From positions 12,509-76,508 of the forward strand of contig SKQO01000003.1 in the NCBI GenBank assembly GCA_007118975.1: DNA of 64,000 nt. The letters are read 5' to 3'. The stretch comes from Halobacteriales archaeon. GTDB taxonomy: Archaea; Halobacteriota; Halobacteria; Halobacteriales; SKNY01. A program made the position numbers and the translations under genes. The notes under the pieces were generated by a model. That model was not told where the DNA came from. It searched no databases and saw nothing but the letters and a program-made list of their open reading frames with translations. This document shows positions 38,200-49,018 of this stretch, in pieces (positions within the stretch are counted from its first letter, which is position 1; every line of letters starts with the position of its first letter).

Positions 38200-39470
38200 A
38201 ACGCCTGCCGTGAACGAGAGACCATCGATACCCTGCGCCTCGTCGTCCTCGTTGCCGGAGTCATTGACAGTCCCACGGCCCACCTGGGGGACGAACCCCT
38301 CGCTGAAGCCTATCTCATCGCCCGGCTGAAGCACGGCATCAGAATGTACCGCTGGGGCTCGGTGATCCCGAGGTGACACCGGGCCTCCCTCCGGCCGGGG
38401 ACTTCGTCGAGCCTGTCGAGGCCGACCGCGACGAGATCGACCACCTGCGACAGCAGGTCGAGGACCCGTATGGCGAGCTCGTCGAGAAGGGAATCCGGCG
38501 CTGTTGCTCACCTGTCGGTACTCGGCAAATCGACCACCGCGGTGAAAGCCCCAGGGGGCGGCTAAGCACGTACCTGACCCAGCGGAAGGAGTTCATGCAA
38601 CAGGCGGCGGAGACGGCCGACGAGGTCGGCGTCAGCTGGTGCTACCTGCCGGTCTTGTCGAACCACGCGATCGAACCCGTGGCAATGGAGAAGGCTACCG
38701 ATACACTCGGGAGCGAGACAAGCCCCTTGCGGAACCGGTGGGGGTTGGTCGGCCAGGTGGGTGATGACTTCCGGATCCCGACCGAGGAGGAGGTCCACCT
38801 CGATTGACCCAGCTATCTCGCCGCCAACGGCGAGTTTAGCGATGTCTGGGCGCTGGCGGTCCACGTGGCCTGCTCACGGCGACATACGGGGTCAACCTGC
38901 GGGTTCGTTTCCGATTTATCACGTAAGTGGCAGTTGCGATGTCCGGCCTCAGCCTCCTTCTTCCAGGTGTATCTGTCTGCAAATTGAGATAGCTTCGGGT
39001 TGGATAGGCTGTGAGTGATAGCCAGTGTGCCGGGACCCTTGTGGGGTTGAGGCTGCCCGCAGACATCCCTGATCGCCTCCTCGAGAGCCTCGACCGAGGC
39101 CCAGCTCGTCCATCGCCTTATGGAGCTTGACGATCGCGGCGTCTACATCGTCGGGCAGGTCTGTCGTTTGTGCCTGGCTGAGCGCCGCGTTCGTCTACTG
39201 CTGGAAATTCACCATCGCCTACTCCCAGAGGTCGCGCAGGTAACGCCTGCGGCCGTTTTCTCCGTCGCCGTAGTCGATCGGGTCCGGGCGCCCGGGTGGG
39301 GGGTGACTCGGCCCTCGAGCTGGTCGAACGGCTCTCAGGACCCCTTGCCGACTCCGGTCGGCGACGTCGTCGCGTGTTGGTGGATCCATGCGTATCGCTG
39401 GTCGTCTGAGCGGCACGAACGGCAATATCGGCGCTTGCCCGGCCGGTGCGGAGAATCAGCCGGTCATGAA
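38200..39470. pseudogene. Decayed coding remnants, unidentified
   Basis: Acidic protein-like fragments broken by stops/frameshifts on + (38200-38807) and - (39060-39430) strands. Confidence 0.35.
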
Positions 39471-39539
39471 CCGACCGTCGTTGGGTATGCCTTACGGGCC
39501 AAGTAGTATAATCCCCCTGTCAGTTCCAGCTTTCGCGGC

Positions 39540-40886
39540 CTATCCCGCGTGATTTCCCTGCAGGACGGCACTCGAGTCAGCCTCGATCCCATCCGTCGCG
39601 TGGTTTCCCCCCACGAGCGTCTCGCTTCCGTCCCGTACAACGATTGCAGGGGCGTCCGACCCAGCCACTTCGGCCACCAGATTGTCGGTGATCATTCCCC
39701 GATTGCAGCCAACAGCACGAATTGCCGGACCCTGGCAGCCAACCAGCGTCGCGTCGGCCACCTTGTAGGTATCACACTGCTCCAGGTCGACCCCGGCATT
39801 CCCCCCGGTGGCGTCGTTGACGTGAATACCGTTCACGGAGATCTCGCTGGAATCGCGGATCACGATACCGTCGCTGCTGTCTGGCGGGCCATAATCCGGA
39901 TTCCGATCGAGCAGGTTCGGGCCGATCACCACATTCGAACTCTCCTCGACCAGGACGTGGTGGTCGAAGCCCTTCCAGAGCGTATTCCCCTGGATGACCA
40001 CTCCTCGGCCGTACTCGACGTGAACGTTATGTCGAACATCGCTCATCGCGTTGTTGGCGACGACAAAGTGACCCACTTTTCTCGAATCGGCCGGACCGTG
40101 ACCCGACAGTCGGACGTTCGCGGAATCTGCCGCATCACTTGCATGCTGGAGCGTGCAGCCGACGATCGCTCCCTCCCGGAGGGAACCACGCGACATGTCG
40201 ATCTGCAGGTTTGCCGTCGGGGGTGCCCCCGGGGCCATGTTCGATTCGATGTCGCAGGCGGCAACCTGCAGATTACGCACGGCACCGTCCACCGCAACAA
40301 TACCGCCACCGTCGTTATAGCTGACGTGACAGCCGTGAACGTTGATCTGATGCAGATCGACCTCGTCGAGATATAGTCCCTTTCCGCGGTTATCGTACAG
40401 ATGGCAGTCGGCCACCGTGACGTTTCGATTCCGATCGGCCAGCCTGATCGCGTGCCGGGTCTCTCGCACGAGCAAACGACTGAGGGTACACTGCATCGTT
40501 TTCGTGATCTTAAGGCCGTCAGCCGCGGCATGACACCCCACGATCTCGAGACCGTCGATGATGGGAAATCGCTCGCTCGACCAGACACTCGACGTGACGG
40601 TATCCGGGCTGGCCGTGCCACTGTGGGTCCCCCGAACAATGACTGCCGGGCCCGACCCGACCATCTCGATCGTCGGGGTGCCCGTTCCGACGAGCGAGAC
40701 GGGACCCGTGCCTTCCAGCTCCACCACGAGGGGTTCGGTCACTCGGTATCGGCCTCCCGGGAGTTCAACAGTCCCGGGACCGTCGTCGATCGCGGCCTGG
40801 ATCGATGTCGTGTCGTCAGTGCTTCCGTCTCCCGCGGCCCCGTACTCCCGGACGGTACGTCCCGGCTGTGCCCGCTCCCTGGTCAT
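39540..40886 (-). CDS. Right-handed parallel beta-helix protein (pectate lyase 3-like)
   Basis: VREYGAAGDGSTDDTTSIQAAID..LPGGRY; repeated Asn-ladder coils. Confidence 0.85.
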   Translation of the reverse strand: MTRERAQPGRTVREYGAAGDGSTDDTTSIQAAIDDGPGTVELPGGRYRVTEPLVVELEGTGPVSLVGTGTPTIEMVGSGPAVIVRGTHSGTASPDTVTSSVWSSERFPIIDGLEIVGCHAAADGLKITKTMQCTLSRLLVRETRHAIRLADRNRNVTVADCHLYDNRGKGLYLDEVDLHQINVHGCHVSYNDGGGIVAVDGAVRNLQVAACDIESNMAPGAPPTANLQIDMSRGSLREGAIVGCTLQHASDAADSANVRLSGHGPADSRKVGHFVVANNAMSDVRHNVHVEYGRGVVIQGNTLWKGFDHHVLVEESSNVVIGPNLLDRNPDYGPPDSSDGIVIRDSSEISVNGIHVNDATGGNAGVDLEQCDTYKVADATLVGCQGPAIRAVGCNRGMITDNLVAEVAGSDAPAIVVRDGSETLVGGNHATDGIEADSSAVLQGNHAG

Positions 40887-40973
40887 CGGTGCCGGTTGCC
40901 CGAGACGCCTCTTAGCTGTCGGGGTGTCTCGCGGAACCTCGTCTTTACCGTCCGTCTACCCGTACGGGAGGCT

Positions 40974-41654
40974 ATGACATGGGATCCGGATCGGGTTCGG
41001 GCGGTGACGCTCGATTCGTTCAGTACCGTGGTGGATATCGACTCGACAGCGCCCGCCGTTGCTGATCTCGTCTCGGATCCAGTGGCATTCGCGAGACGGT
41101 GGCACCGATTAGCTGCCACCTATGGCATGCGCGGTAACCTCATCGGCACCTATGCCACCTATTTCGAGCTTCACGTGGACGCACTCGAGGCACTGCTCGC
41201 GAGAGAGGGAATCCAACCGGATCGCACTGAGCTCCGGGAACGCACGGAGATATACTACGACATGGACGTTTTTGCCGACGTCGAACCCGCGCTTGACCGG
41301 TTGCGCGAACAGGGGTATCTGCTCGGTATCGTATCGAACGGTGATCCCGCGATGCTTTCGGCAATGGTCGAAACAGCAGAACTCGAGCCATTCCTCGATG
41401 CGGTCGTCAGCGCCGACGAGATTCGACAGCACAAACCGGCCAGAGCACTCTACGAGCACGCAGCCGATCGACTTGGTGTCGAAACCAAGTCAGTGGCGCA
41501 CGTGAGCAACGGATACGCCGACGTACAGGGTGCCATGCACGCGGGGATGCAGGGTGTCTGGCTCGACCGGGAGGGGAATCCACCGGATCCGTTCGGGCCG
41601 ACACCTGACCTTCGACTGGAATCGTTGGTAGATTTGCTCCGACCGACCGAATAG
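40974..41654 (+). CDS. Haloacid dehalogenase type II (HAD family)
   Basis: TLDSFSTVVD, SNGD, KPA..Y, HVSN..DVQGA. Confidence 0.85.
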   Translation: MTWDPDRVRAVTLDSFSTVVDIDSTAPAVADLVSDPVAFARRWHRLAATYGMRGNLIGTYATYFELHVDALEALLAREGIQPDRTELRERTEIYYDMDVFADVEPALDRLREQGYLLGIVSNGDPAMLSAMVETAELEPFLDAVVSADEIRQHKPARALYEHAADRLGVETKSVAHVSNGYADVQGAMHAGMQGVWLDREGNPPDPFGPTPDLRLESLVDLLRPTE

Positions 41655-41891
41655 GCCGGATACCAATCATCAAAAACGCATCGAGGATCCGGTGATCTGG
41701 CACTCCCGGGCCGTCACGAACGGGATCTCCGTTGCAGCCCGTCGCCCGGCCAGGATTGATCACTGACTGGGAGCCACCCGCGTTCCACGCCGTGAGAGAT
41801 ACAACTAACTCCGGGTGTGACCATCGTGTCACAGATCCCACGACTATGCTTTCCAGACGCCTTTTCTATGTACTCTGTGGACCTGCGGCCG

Positions 41892-42983
41892 ATGGGGTTC
41901 TCGGTTGCCTTTCGCGATCACGCCCCGATTGAGCTCTCCTGGAGCGAGGCGACCGGGGCCGCCGGTGACTCGGTTACGGTGCTACCGATCGTTGTTGCCG
42001 TCGCGGTCCTCACGGAGCTGTCGCTCGCGCTGATGTTGCTCTGGTTTGGCGTCTTTCAGCTGGTCTGGGGGTTGTACTTCGGTGCGCCAATCTCGGTCGA
42101 GCCGATGAAGGCACTCGCGGCACTCATTCTTGCCGGAACGATCTCGACGGGCGAGTTCCTCATCGCAGGCCTGTTACTCGGGGGGATCCTGTTACTGATC
42201 GGGAGGACTGGGACCATTCGGCGCGTACAACATCTCCTCGGGCGGCCCGTCGTTCGGGGGATTCAGCTCGGCGTCGCGCTGGTCCTGCTCGATACCGGGT
42301 TTCGAATCGGCCTCGGCGATCCGGTATTGGCGACGGTCGCCGTGTTGATTGCGGTCCCGATCATTCTCCGGGGGAACGTGGACGCCAGCGCGATGGCGGT
42401 CCTGCTCGTCGGGGGACTGATTGCGCTATCCTACGCCGGATTCCCGAGTCCTTCGGTCCCATCGGTCGACGGCATGTTGTTGTTCGACACGGGGGACGTG
42501 ACACTCCCCGCGATGGAGGCCACCCTCGCCCAGCTAGCGATGACGCTCGGCAACGCCTGTCTCGCCGCGTCAGTCCTCATGAGCGATTATTTCGAGAAGG
42601 ACGTTTCGCCGGACCAGCTCGCCTCGAGCATGGGCGCGATGAACCTTGTGGCTGTGCCGTTCGGCGCGTTCCCCATGTGCCACGGGAGCGGGGGCATCGC
42701 CGGAAAATACGCGTTCGGTGCCCGGACCGCAGGATCGAACATTATCCTCGGGGTCGGTTATATCGCACTCGCGTTGTTTGCGGTCGCGCTGGTTGCCGCC
42801 TACCCCGTCGCGATGCTCGGGGTCATCCTCGTATTGATCGCCGCCCAGCTCGGAGTCACGAGCCTCAGGCGTGCGCACGATTACTGGCTCGTTGTTCCGA
42901 TCGGGCTCATCGGCGTCTTTGTCAATCTGGGTGTGGCGCTGGTCATCGGGGTGCTCGTGTATGCGCTCCTGCGGCGTGGTTGA
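41892..42983 (+). CDS. Putative molybdate/sulfate transporter (MOT1 family)
   Basis: EATGAAGD, P.SVEPMKA, PMCHGSGG.AG.Y.FGART. Confidence 0.85.
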   Translation: MGFSVAFRDHAPIELSWSEATGAAGDSVTVLPIVVAVAVLTELSLALMLLWFGVFQLVWGLYFGAPISVEPMKALAALILAGTISTGEFLIAGLLLGGILLLIGRTGTIRRVQHLLGRPVVRGIQLGVALVLLDTGFRIGLGDPVLATVAVLIAVPIILRGNVDASAMAVLLVGGLIALSYAGFPSPSVPSVDGMLLFDTGDVTLPAMEATLAQLAMTLGNACLAASVLMSDYFEKDVSPDQLASSMGAMNLVAVPFGAFPMCHGSGGIAGKYAFGARTAGSNIILGVGYIALALFAVALVAAYPVAMLGVILVLIAAQLGVTSLRRAHDYWLVVPIGLIGVFVNLGVALVIGVLVYALLRRG

Positions 42984-43316
42984 GTGGTGTTGTGTTCCTC
43001 GAACGGAGTCTGCAGAACTCGGCTATTCTGGTGAGGCAGGTATGATGGGTGGAGACGTGAGGCTGGGGATTGATGGTGAGCCATTGCCGGATCCGGACGA
43101 CCCGGCCTTCGAACCGAAGAGAGACAGGGACGAGTAGGGCGATCGACCTGCTTCGTTCCGCCTCGAGGCCAGGGGGAATAGGCAAAAGTCAGGTTCCGAG
43201 GGGGACGCAATTGTATCGTCGGCTGACGAACGGTGGTTAGCCCAACAATCTCTTTGAGGCTGTTGCCATACTTCTATCACAGACGAGTACTTCGTTGTCG
43301 AGATGCGGACGACCAT

Positions 43317-44465
43317 ATGGAGCGAACTGAAGCCCAGGCGTTGAACCGGTTGACCGAACGTGTCGAAACCACGCTTGAGCAGGTCGATGGCACGTTTCCC
43401 TATTACGCGAATCCTGACAACGGAGAATGGGTCACGACGGACGACGGAAACTGGTGTGGCGGACATTGGGTCGGAATGTTGGGGCTTGCGTACGCCCAGA
43501 CGGAGAACTCCCGGTTCGCCGAGGCCGCAGAGCAGTGCGTAGCCAAGGTTCGTGAACACATACCGAGCCAGTGCATGTTTGCGGGGATGAACTACCACTA
43601 CATTGGATTCAAGGCGTTCGACATCACCGGGGACGACGATCTTCGATCACTGGGGATCGAGGGGGCAGATATGATGGTTGAATATTTCAACGAAAAGGCC
43701 AGACAAATCCCGCTGGGAACACTGGAGATCGACTCGCCAGCTCCCGAATTTCGCGGTCCTGAGTCCGGAACCGGGCCATCAGGAGACGTCCTCGGGGCGG
43801 TAGATGCTATCTACACCTCACTCCCGATACTCTGGCGAGCTGCCAGAGAGACGGGTAAGTCCACGTACCGCGACGTGGCGATTGCCCACGCGGATCGACA
43901 CCTCGAGTGGTATATCCGCCCCGACGGGCGGACATGGCACCACGCTCGGTTCGATCCCCAGACGGGCGAGCTCCTGACCCAGTACAACGAGCTTGCTTAC
44001 AGTGACGAGACGTGTTGGGCACGGGGCCAGGGGTGGTGTATCGCCGGATTGGCTCGGGCGTATGTAGCAACCGAAGCCGATCGATATTTGTCGGCGCTGG
44101 AGACGGTCGTCGACTATTATCGGTCAAACACACCAGCAGACGGCATCCCGCACTGGGATTTCGAACACCCCGAAAAACCGGACGTAAACCGCGATACGAG
44201 TGCCGCAGCACTCGCGGCCGATGGATTGACGAGATTGCCGTCGAACAGTGTTACCCGCGATCTCGCGGAATACGGGGAGCACATCCTCCACCACCTGGTC
44301 AGCGATTATCTCACCCCACTCGGGGAGGACGATGACCGACCCCCGGGAATGGTGCTCCAAGGGTGTTACAATGGCCCGTCCGGCTTCGCGGATCGGCACG
44401 AACTCGTCTGGACGGATTATTATGTCATGAGGACGCTGTCACGACGAGCAAGAACAAACAACTAG
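43317..44465 (+). CDS. Glycoside hydrolase family 88 (unsaturated glucuronyl hydrolase-like)
   Basis: WCGGHWVG, WARGQGW, PHWDF, DTSAAA, WTDYY. Confidence 0.88.
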   Translation: MERTEAQALNRLTERVETTLEQVDGTFPYYANPDNGEWVTTDDGNWCGGHWVGMLGLAYAQTENSRFAEAAEQCVAKVREHIPSQCMFAGMNYHYIGFKAFDITGDDDLRSLGIEGADMMVEYFNEKARQIPLGTLEIDSPAPEFRGPESGTGPSGDVLGAVDAIYTSLPILWRAARETGKSTYRDVAIAHADRHLEWYIRPDGRTWHHARFDPQTGELLTQYNELAYSDETCWARGQGWCIAGLARAYVATEADRYLSALETVVDYYRSNTPADGIPHWDFEHPEKPDVNRDTSAAALAADGLTRLPSNSVTRDLAEYGEHILHHLVSDYLTPLGEDDDRPPGMVLQGCYNGPSGFADRHELVWTDYYVMRTLSRRARTNN

Positions 44466-44548
44466 AAGCCCCGCTTGCCGATGCCCCGGGAAAACGGGGA
44501 CTGCAAGGAAAGCGGATACCTTTTGCCCTTGCACTTGTCCGAGGCGGC

Positions 44549-45664
44549 ATGGTTGCCGAGAACACGAACACCACGACCGATTTCGAGGACCTACCGATGC
44601 GGTTCGGGTTTGGGACGTTCATGGATCCCCATCCGGAGCGCTTGCGCTTTATCAAGCAAGTCGGAGTCGATGACATCCTCTTAAACCTCTGGGGAGCGGT
44701 CGAAGCGGGATATCCCAACCTCCCGCTACAGGGGACGTGTGAATGGTCGTTCGAGAACCTTGTCCAGCTCCGGAATCAGATCGAAGATGCCGGCTTGCGG
44801 CTCAACGCCATCGAGAACCTCCCGTACGAGTTTTACGATGAGGTCATGCTCGGTGGTGAGCAGCAGGAAGCGCAGCTTGAACACGTCCAGAACACGGTGA
44901 GGAACCTTGGCCGCGCCGGCATCCCGTGGCTCGGCTACAATTGGATGCCGAACGGTGTCTGGCGATCCTCGACGACCCGGCGAATTCGCGGCGGGGCAGA
45001 ATCGAGCGCTGTCGATATGGGAGAGCTTGGAAAAGCTCCGAACACGCACGGACGTTCGTTTTCCGAGGACGAACTCTGGGAAAATTACGAACGGTTCCTG
45101 GACGCGGTGTTACCCGTTGCGGAAGAAGAAGGCGTAACCCTCTGTCTCCACCCCGATGACCCGCCCGTAGAGCGACTCGGCGGCATCCCACGGTTGTTCC
45201 GGAATCGCGAAAATATCGAACGGGCAATGGACATGTATCCGAGCGACAACCACGGGTTGCAGCTGTGCCTCGGAAACTGGTCGGCGATGGGCGAGGACAT
45301 CGTCGAGGTTGTGGAACATTTCGGCGAACGGGGCGATACCGAGTACGTACACTTCCAGACGATTTCGGGCCCCCTCCCGCGGTTTCACGAGGTGTTCGTC
45401 GACCAACCGGGCCATTACGACCCGTACGAAGTGTTGGGAGCATTGGACCGAACCGGATTTTCCGGATTGATAATTCCCGGTCACGTGCCGAAACTGGCCG
45501 GGGACGAACAGTATCTCCGCCACGACGATCGATCTTCCCTGGATCTGCAGTCGGGTGGCTGGAAGGAACGCGGACGCGGATTCACGATCGGGTATCTTCG
45601 CGGATTACTCCGCGCCTATCGGCACGAGCACGAAGGGGGTGGAGAAGCGAGACAAGGTCAGTAA
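44549..45664 (+). CDS. uxuA: Mannonate dehydratase
   Basis: YNWMP, FLDAVLPVAEE, LHPDDPP, F.E.F.D; second possible ATG downstream. Confidence 0.85.
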   Translation: MVAENTNTTTDFEDLPMRFGFGTFMDPHPERLRFIKQVGVDDILLNLWGAVEAGYPNLPLQGTCEWSFENLVQLRNQIEDAGLRLNAIENLPYEFYDEVMLGGEQQEAQLEHVQNTVRNLGRAGIPWLGYNWMPNGVWRSSTTRRIRGGAESSAVDMGELGKAPNTHGRSFSEDELWENYERFLDAVLPVAEEEGVTLCLHPDDPPVERLGGIPRLFRNRENIERAMDMYPSDNHGLQLCLGNWSAMGEDIVEVVEHFGERGDTEYVHFQTISGPLPRFHEVFVDQPGHYDPYEVLGALDRTGFSGLIIPGHVPKLAGDEQYLRHDDRSSLDLQSGGWKERGRGFTIGYLRGLLRAYRHEHEGGGEARQGQ

Positions 45665-45923
45665 GCCCGGACATCGCTGGGCCAGCAGTGCCGTACACAC
45701 CTCCAGCCCGCGTATCCGTGAAATTCTGTCAGTGGTGTGTCCGGTTGACGTCCAAGCCTGTCCATATATGTCGTTTGGGTGACATCCTGACGATCGTTCG
45801 AGCCTATCGAACCACACCCCCCACCAGGTCGATCCGGACAATCATGTGGGTGTGAAGCGGTCGTGAGCGACAAGCAGTGAAGTCCCTGGGCTTAAAGTGG
45901 CCTTTTCGCTGTGGGCGGGGCTG

Positions 45924-46892
45924 TCACAACAAATCGTCGACTTCGACGACCTCTCCGGATTCCATCGATCGCATCACCGCTTCGGTGACCGCAAGCGACC
46001 TGATCGCGTCGTCGTAGGTCGATCGCAAACCGTCGGCAGACCCAGTTTCCACCGCTTCGATGAAGGCGTCGAGCTCGCGAGCGTACGGATCGATGTCGAA
46101 GGTTTCATCGATCGGATCTCCATCGACGGTCCCGGAGATCCGGCGCTGGGTGACGGTCACCGTCCCCCGATCGGCGATGATGTCAACACCGTTGCCGCCG
46201 TCATCAGTCGCACACGATGATGAAACGTGGCTGACGACCTCGTTTTCGTGGCGCATCGTCGCGCTGGAGACGTCCGGGAAATCGACCATGTCGACCAAGC
46301 GATTCCCGCCAGCCGCGTAGACGGTCTCGATATCCCCGCCGAGGTGGCGGACCGTATCGAAAATGTGAACCGCCTGTTCGATCGGTTGACCGCCGGAACG
46401 GTCGACGTGACGCCACCAGTGGTCCATCCCGCCCGGGACACCACCCCACCAGTGACCGTCGAGGTAGCCGATCGTCGCGTCCTCGAACAGCGACGCTGCG
46501 CGTTCCACACCGCCCGAGTATCGCCAGTTGTGGCCGACCGCAGCCATGATTCCCGCCGCCTCGATCGTCGCCAGGATGTCACGGGCGGTCGCCGTTTCGA
46601 TGGCAAGCGGCTTCTCTACGAACAGATGCACGCCGTGTTCGGCCGCAGTCCGCTCGGCCTCGCCGTGTGCAAACGGCGGAATACACACGAACGCGGCGTC
46701 GAGGTCGAACTCCCCGAACATCGTTTCGACCTCGGAGAAGGCGGTGGCTCCCATCCGTTCGGCTGCGGATGCCGCGGTCTCCGAGTCGACGTCACAGACC
46801 GCATCTACGGATGCGTCTTCCCGATCCTCGAGGTTGTCAAGGTGCGTCTGTGCAATGTTGCCCGCGCCGACGAAACCGATCGAGACGGTCAT
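45924..46892 (-). CDS. Gfo/Idh/MocA oxidoreductase
   Basis: IGFVGAGNIA, VEKP, EQAVHIFD. Confidence 0.9.
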   Translation of the reverse strand: MTVSIGFVGAGNIAQTHLDNLEDREDASVDAVCDVDSETAASAAERMGATAFSEVETMFGEFDLDAAFVCIPPFAHGEAERTAAEHGVHLFVEKPLAIETATARDILATIEAAGIMAAVGHNWRYSGGVERAASLFEDATIGYLDGHWWGGVPGGMDHWWRHVDRSGGQPIEQAVHIFDTVRHLGGDIETVYAAGGNRLVDMVDFPDVSSATMRHENEVVSHVSSSCATDDGGNGVDIIADRGTVTVTQRRISGTVDGDPIDETFDIDPYARELDAFIEAVETGSADGLRSTYDDAIRSLAVTEAVMRSMESGEVVEVDDLL

Positions 46893-46910
46893 CAGGCGAC
46901 GGGTTCGTAA

Positions 46911-47813
46911 TCAGCCCTCAAGGTCGTTCCGGCCGTCGGTGATGAACATCGGTTGCAACCACGCCCGGGCACCCCCCGGCCCGAAGCACTCGACCCGAAC
47001 GTACGTGTGTTCGGAGCGGTGGACGAGCTGTCGCGGAAGATGGAAGGTGGCACTCGAGCCCTGCACTGTTTGCTGCCGGAGGCCGTGATCGGAAACGAGG
47101 TCGATCCGATCGGCGTTCTCCGTTTCGACACGCACCCGACCGCCGTCGACTGCGACATCAGTGATTGAGACACCGGTAGACGCGTAGAACCGACCGGCGC
47201 GGATGGCAGCCAGAATCGCCGCCCGGGAACAGTCGGCGGCGCGGACCGATATCCACCCCTGCGCGACGTCCCAGGCGGCGTGCGAGTCGTCGGTGGCGAA
47301 TCCCCAGATCCGGCGACCCGACGAGAGTAACTGATCCCATCGGTCCGTCGCAACCGCCAGTCCCGGGTGGCGTTCGATCACTCCGTTGAACACCTCCATC
47401 CCCTGGTAGCCCTCGAGGTCGGCCATGACGTCCTGCGGCCAGTGGGCGAACGACGACTGCCAGTTGGGATGGGCCAAGACGGCGATCCCGTTCGCGTCGA
47501 CGATGTCGTCTATAGCGGCCTGCCGGTCCTCGTGCGGTTCGATTGCCGAGGCCGCGTCCAGATGAAGAAGGTGCGGGCCGTTGGCACTCACCTCGACCGC
47601 TGGAATCATGGTCAGCGACGGTTCAGGGGAAAGACCATCCGGATCGGTGAACACGTCGTGGTCGGACAGCGCCAGGAAATCGTAGCCACGAGCGGCATAG
47701 TCCGCACAGACATCGCCTGGATCCCGCCGTCCGTCACTTTCGGTCGTGTGCGTGTGAAGGTTGCCGCGGAACCACTCCCCGGGAGCGTCGTACGGGTGAT
47801 CGAGTACCGGCAT
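46911..47813 (-). CDS. PHP-domain (CehA/McbA-like) metallohydrolase
   Basis: GNLHTHTTESDG, SDHD, AHP, DDSH. Confidence 0.85.
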   Translation of the reverse strand: MPVLDHPYDAPGEWFRGNLHTHTTESDGRRDPGDVCADYAARGYDFLALSDHDVFTDPDGLSPEPSLTMIPAVEVSANGPHLLHLDAASAIEPHEDRQAAIDDIVDANGIAVLAHPNWQSSFAHWPQDVMADLEGYQGMEVFNGVIERHPGLAVATDRWDQLLSSGRRIWGFATDDSHAAWDVAQGWISVRAADCSRAAILAAIRAGRFYASTGVSITDVAVDGGRVRVETENADRIDLVSDHGLRQQTVQGSSATFHLPRQLVHRSEHTYVRVECFGPGGARAWLQPMFITDGRNDLEG

Positions 47814-47849
47814 GCCTCGACTGGCTCCAGCGAGGCGCTTAAGCCCTTC

Positions 47850-48935
47850 TCACCTGTCTTCAACCGGCACGGACGATTCCTCTCTCGCGGCCTCGTGAGT
47901 GGCCTCGATCGTGCGCATATCGACGAGTGCATCGCGACCGCTCGGTTCGACCGGCTCGTCGCGGAGCACACGGTTCGCAAAGTAATCGAAGAGCTCGCGC
48001 ATCTCCGCCTCCACATCGATCGAGTCCGTATCGAAGGATGCGTGTCTGTCACCCCGCCGAATCGTGACGTCGACGTCTCCGTGGTGTGCCGGCGAGAGTT
48101 CCAGGGTCCCCTCGGTACCAGTGATCCGAAGGATGCTATCGGCGTGCGCGTCCTGACTCGTCGTGCCGACGACCAGCACATCATCCTCGAGGGTCAGCAT
48201 GTACGCCGCCCACTGATCCGGAACGTCCTCGAACGCCGGATCCACGGATCGCATGTCGGCCGAGGCGCGTATCGGGTCTCGATCGAGCAGGAATCGCGTC
48301 GTGTAAACCGTATAGATACCCAGGTCCATCACGGAGGTTCCATACCCCGAGCGGTCGGCGTCGAGCCGCCACTGGTTCTCGTCGGGGATCATCTCCAGCA
48401 GGGGCTGTGAATTGTTGCCATAAACCATCCGTGGCTCACCAATGACGCCGTCGCGAAGTGCCGCCCGCGCCCGTCGGACCGCCGGGTCGAAGTGCATGCG
48501 GTAGGCCGGCATGAACGGAACGCCCGCTTCCTCGCAGGTCGCTACCATTGCGGCGGCTTGCTCGGTGCGCGCCGCGATCGGCTTCTCGCAGAGGATCGCC
48601 TTTTCCAGCGATGCGGCTGTTTCCGCATACGGCCGGTGCAGGGCGTTCGGCGTGCCGATGTATACCGCATCGTACTCATCGGATGCAACGCCCGCGTGGT
48701 ACTCGTCGTAGGAGATGCCCGTGCCGATACCGTGCTCGTCGGCGATCCTCGCTGCTTTCTCGGAGGAACTGCTCACGAGCACCGTCGTCGTCGCGTACTC
48801 CCCGTCGGCAATCGCCGGAATCGCCACGTCGACGGACCACCAGCCGAGCCCGATCAGGGCGTACCGGACTGTTCCCGACGCCGGTCGCTCCCAGTCGCGG
48901 TCCTCCATCCGATCTAACAGCGTCGTGACGCTCAT
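47850..48935 (-). CDS. Gfo/Idh/MocA sugar dehydrogenase, D-xylose 1-dehydrogenase-like
   Basis: RDWE..VRYALIGLGWW, CEKP, WRLD..SG..MDLGIY. Confidence 0.82.
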   Translation of the reverse strand: MSVTTLLDRMEDRDWERPASGTVRYALIGLGWWSVDVAIPAIADGEYATTTVLVSSSSEKAARIADEHGIGTGISYDEYHAGVASDEYDAVYIGTPNALHRPYAETAASLEKAILCEKPIAARTEQAAAMVATCEEAGVPFMPAYRMHFDPAVRRARAALRDGVIGEPRMVYGNNSQPLLEMIPDENQWRLDADRSGYGTSVMDLGIYTVYTTRFLLDRDPIRASADMRSVDPAFEDVPDQWAAYMLTLEDDVLVVGTTSQDAHADSILRITGTEGTLELSPAHHGDVDVTIRRGDRHASFDTDSIDVEAEMRELFDYFANRVLRDEPVEPSGRDALVDMRTIEATHEAAREESSVPVEDR

Positions 48936-49018
48936 TGGGGAGCACCACTCCGGCGCGTGCCATAGCCGTTCGGGCGGCAACCGGATCCAAACGGGCCCAC
49001 GACCGCCCTGTCCGGCCG

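Noticed and set aside
43042-43137. 31-aa acidic ORF MMGGDVRLG..
   Set aside because: Too short to support; may be a gene remnant
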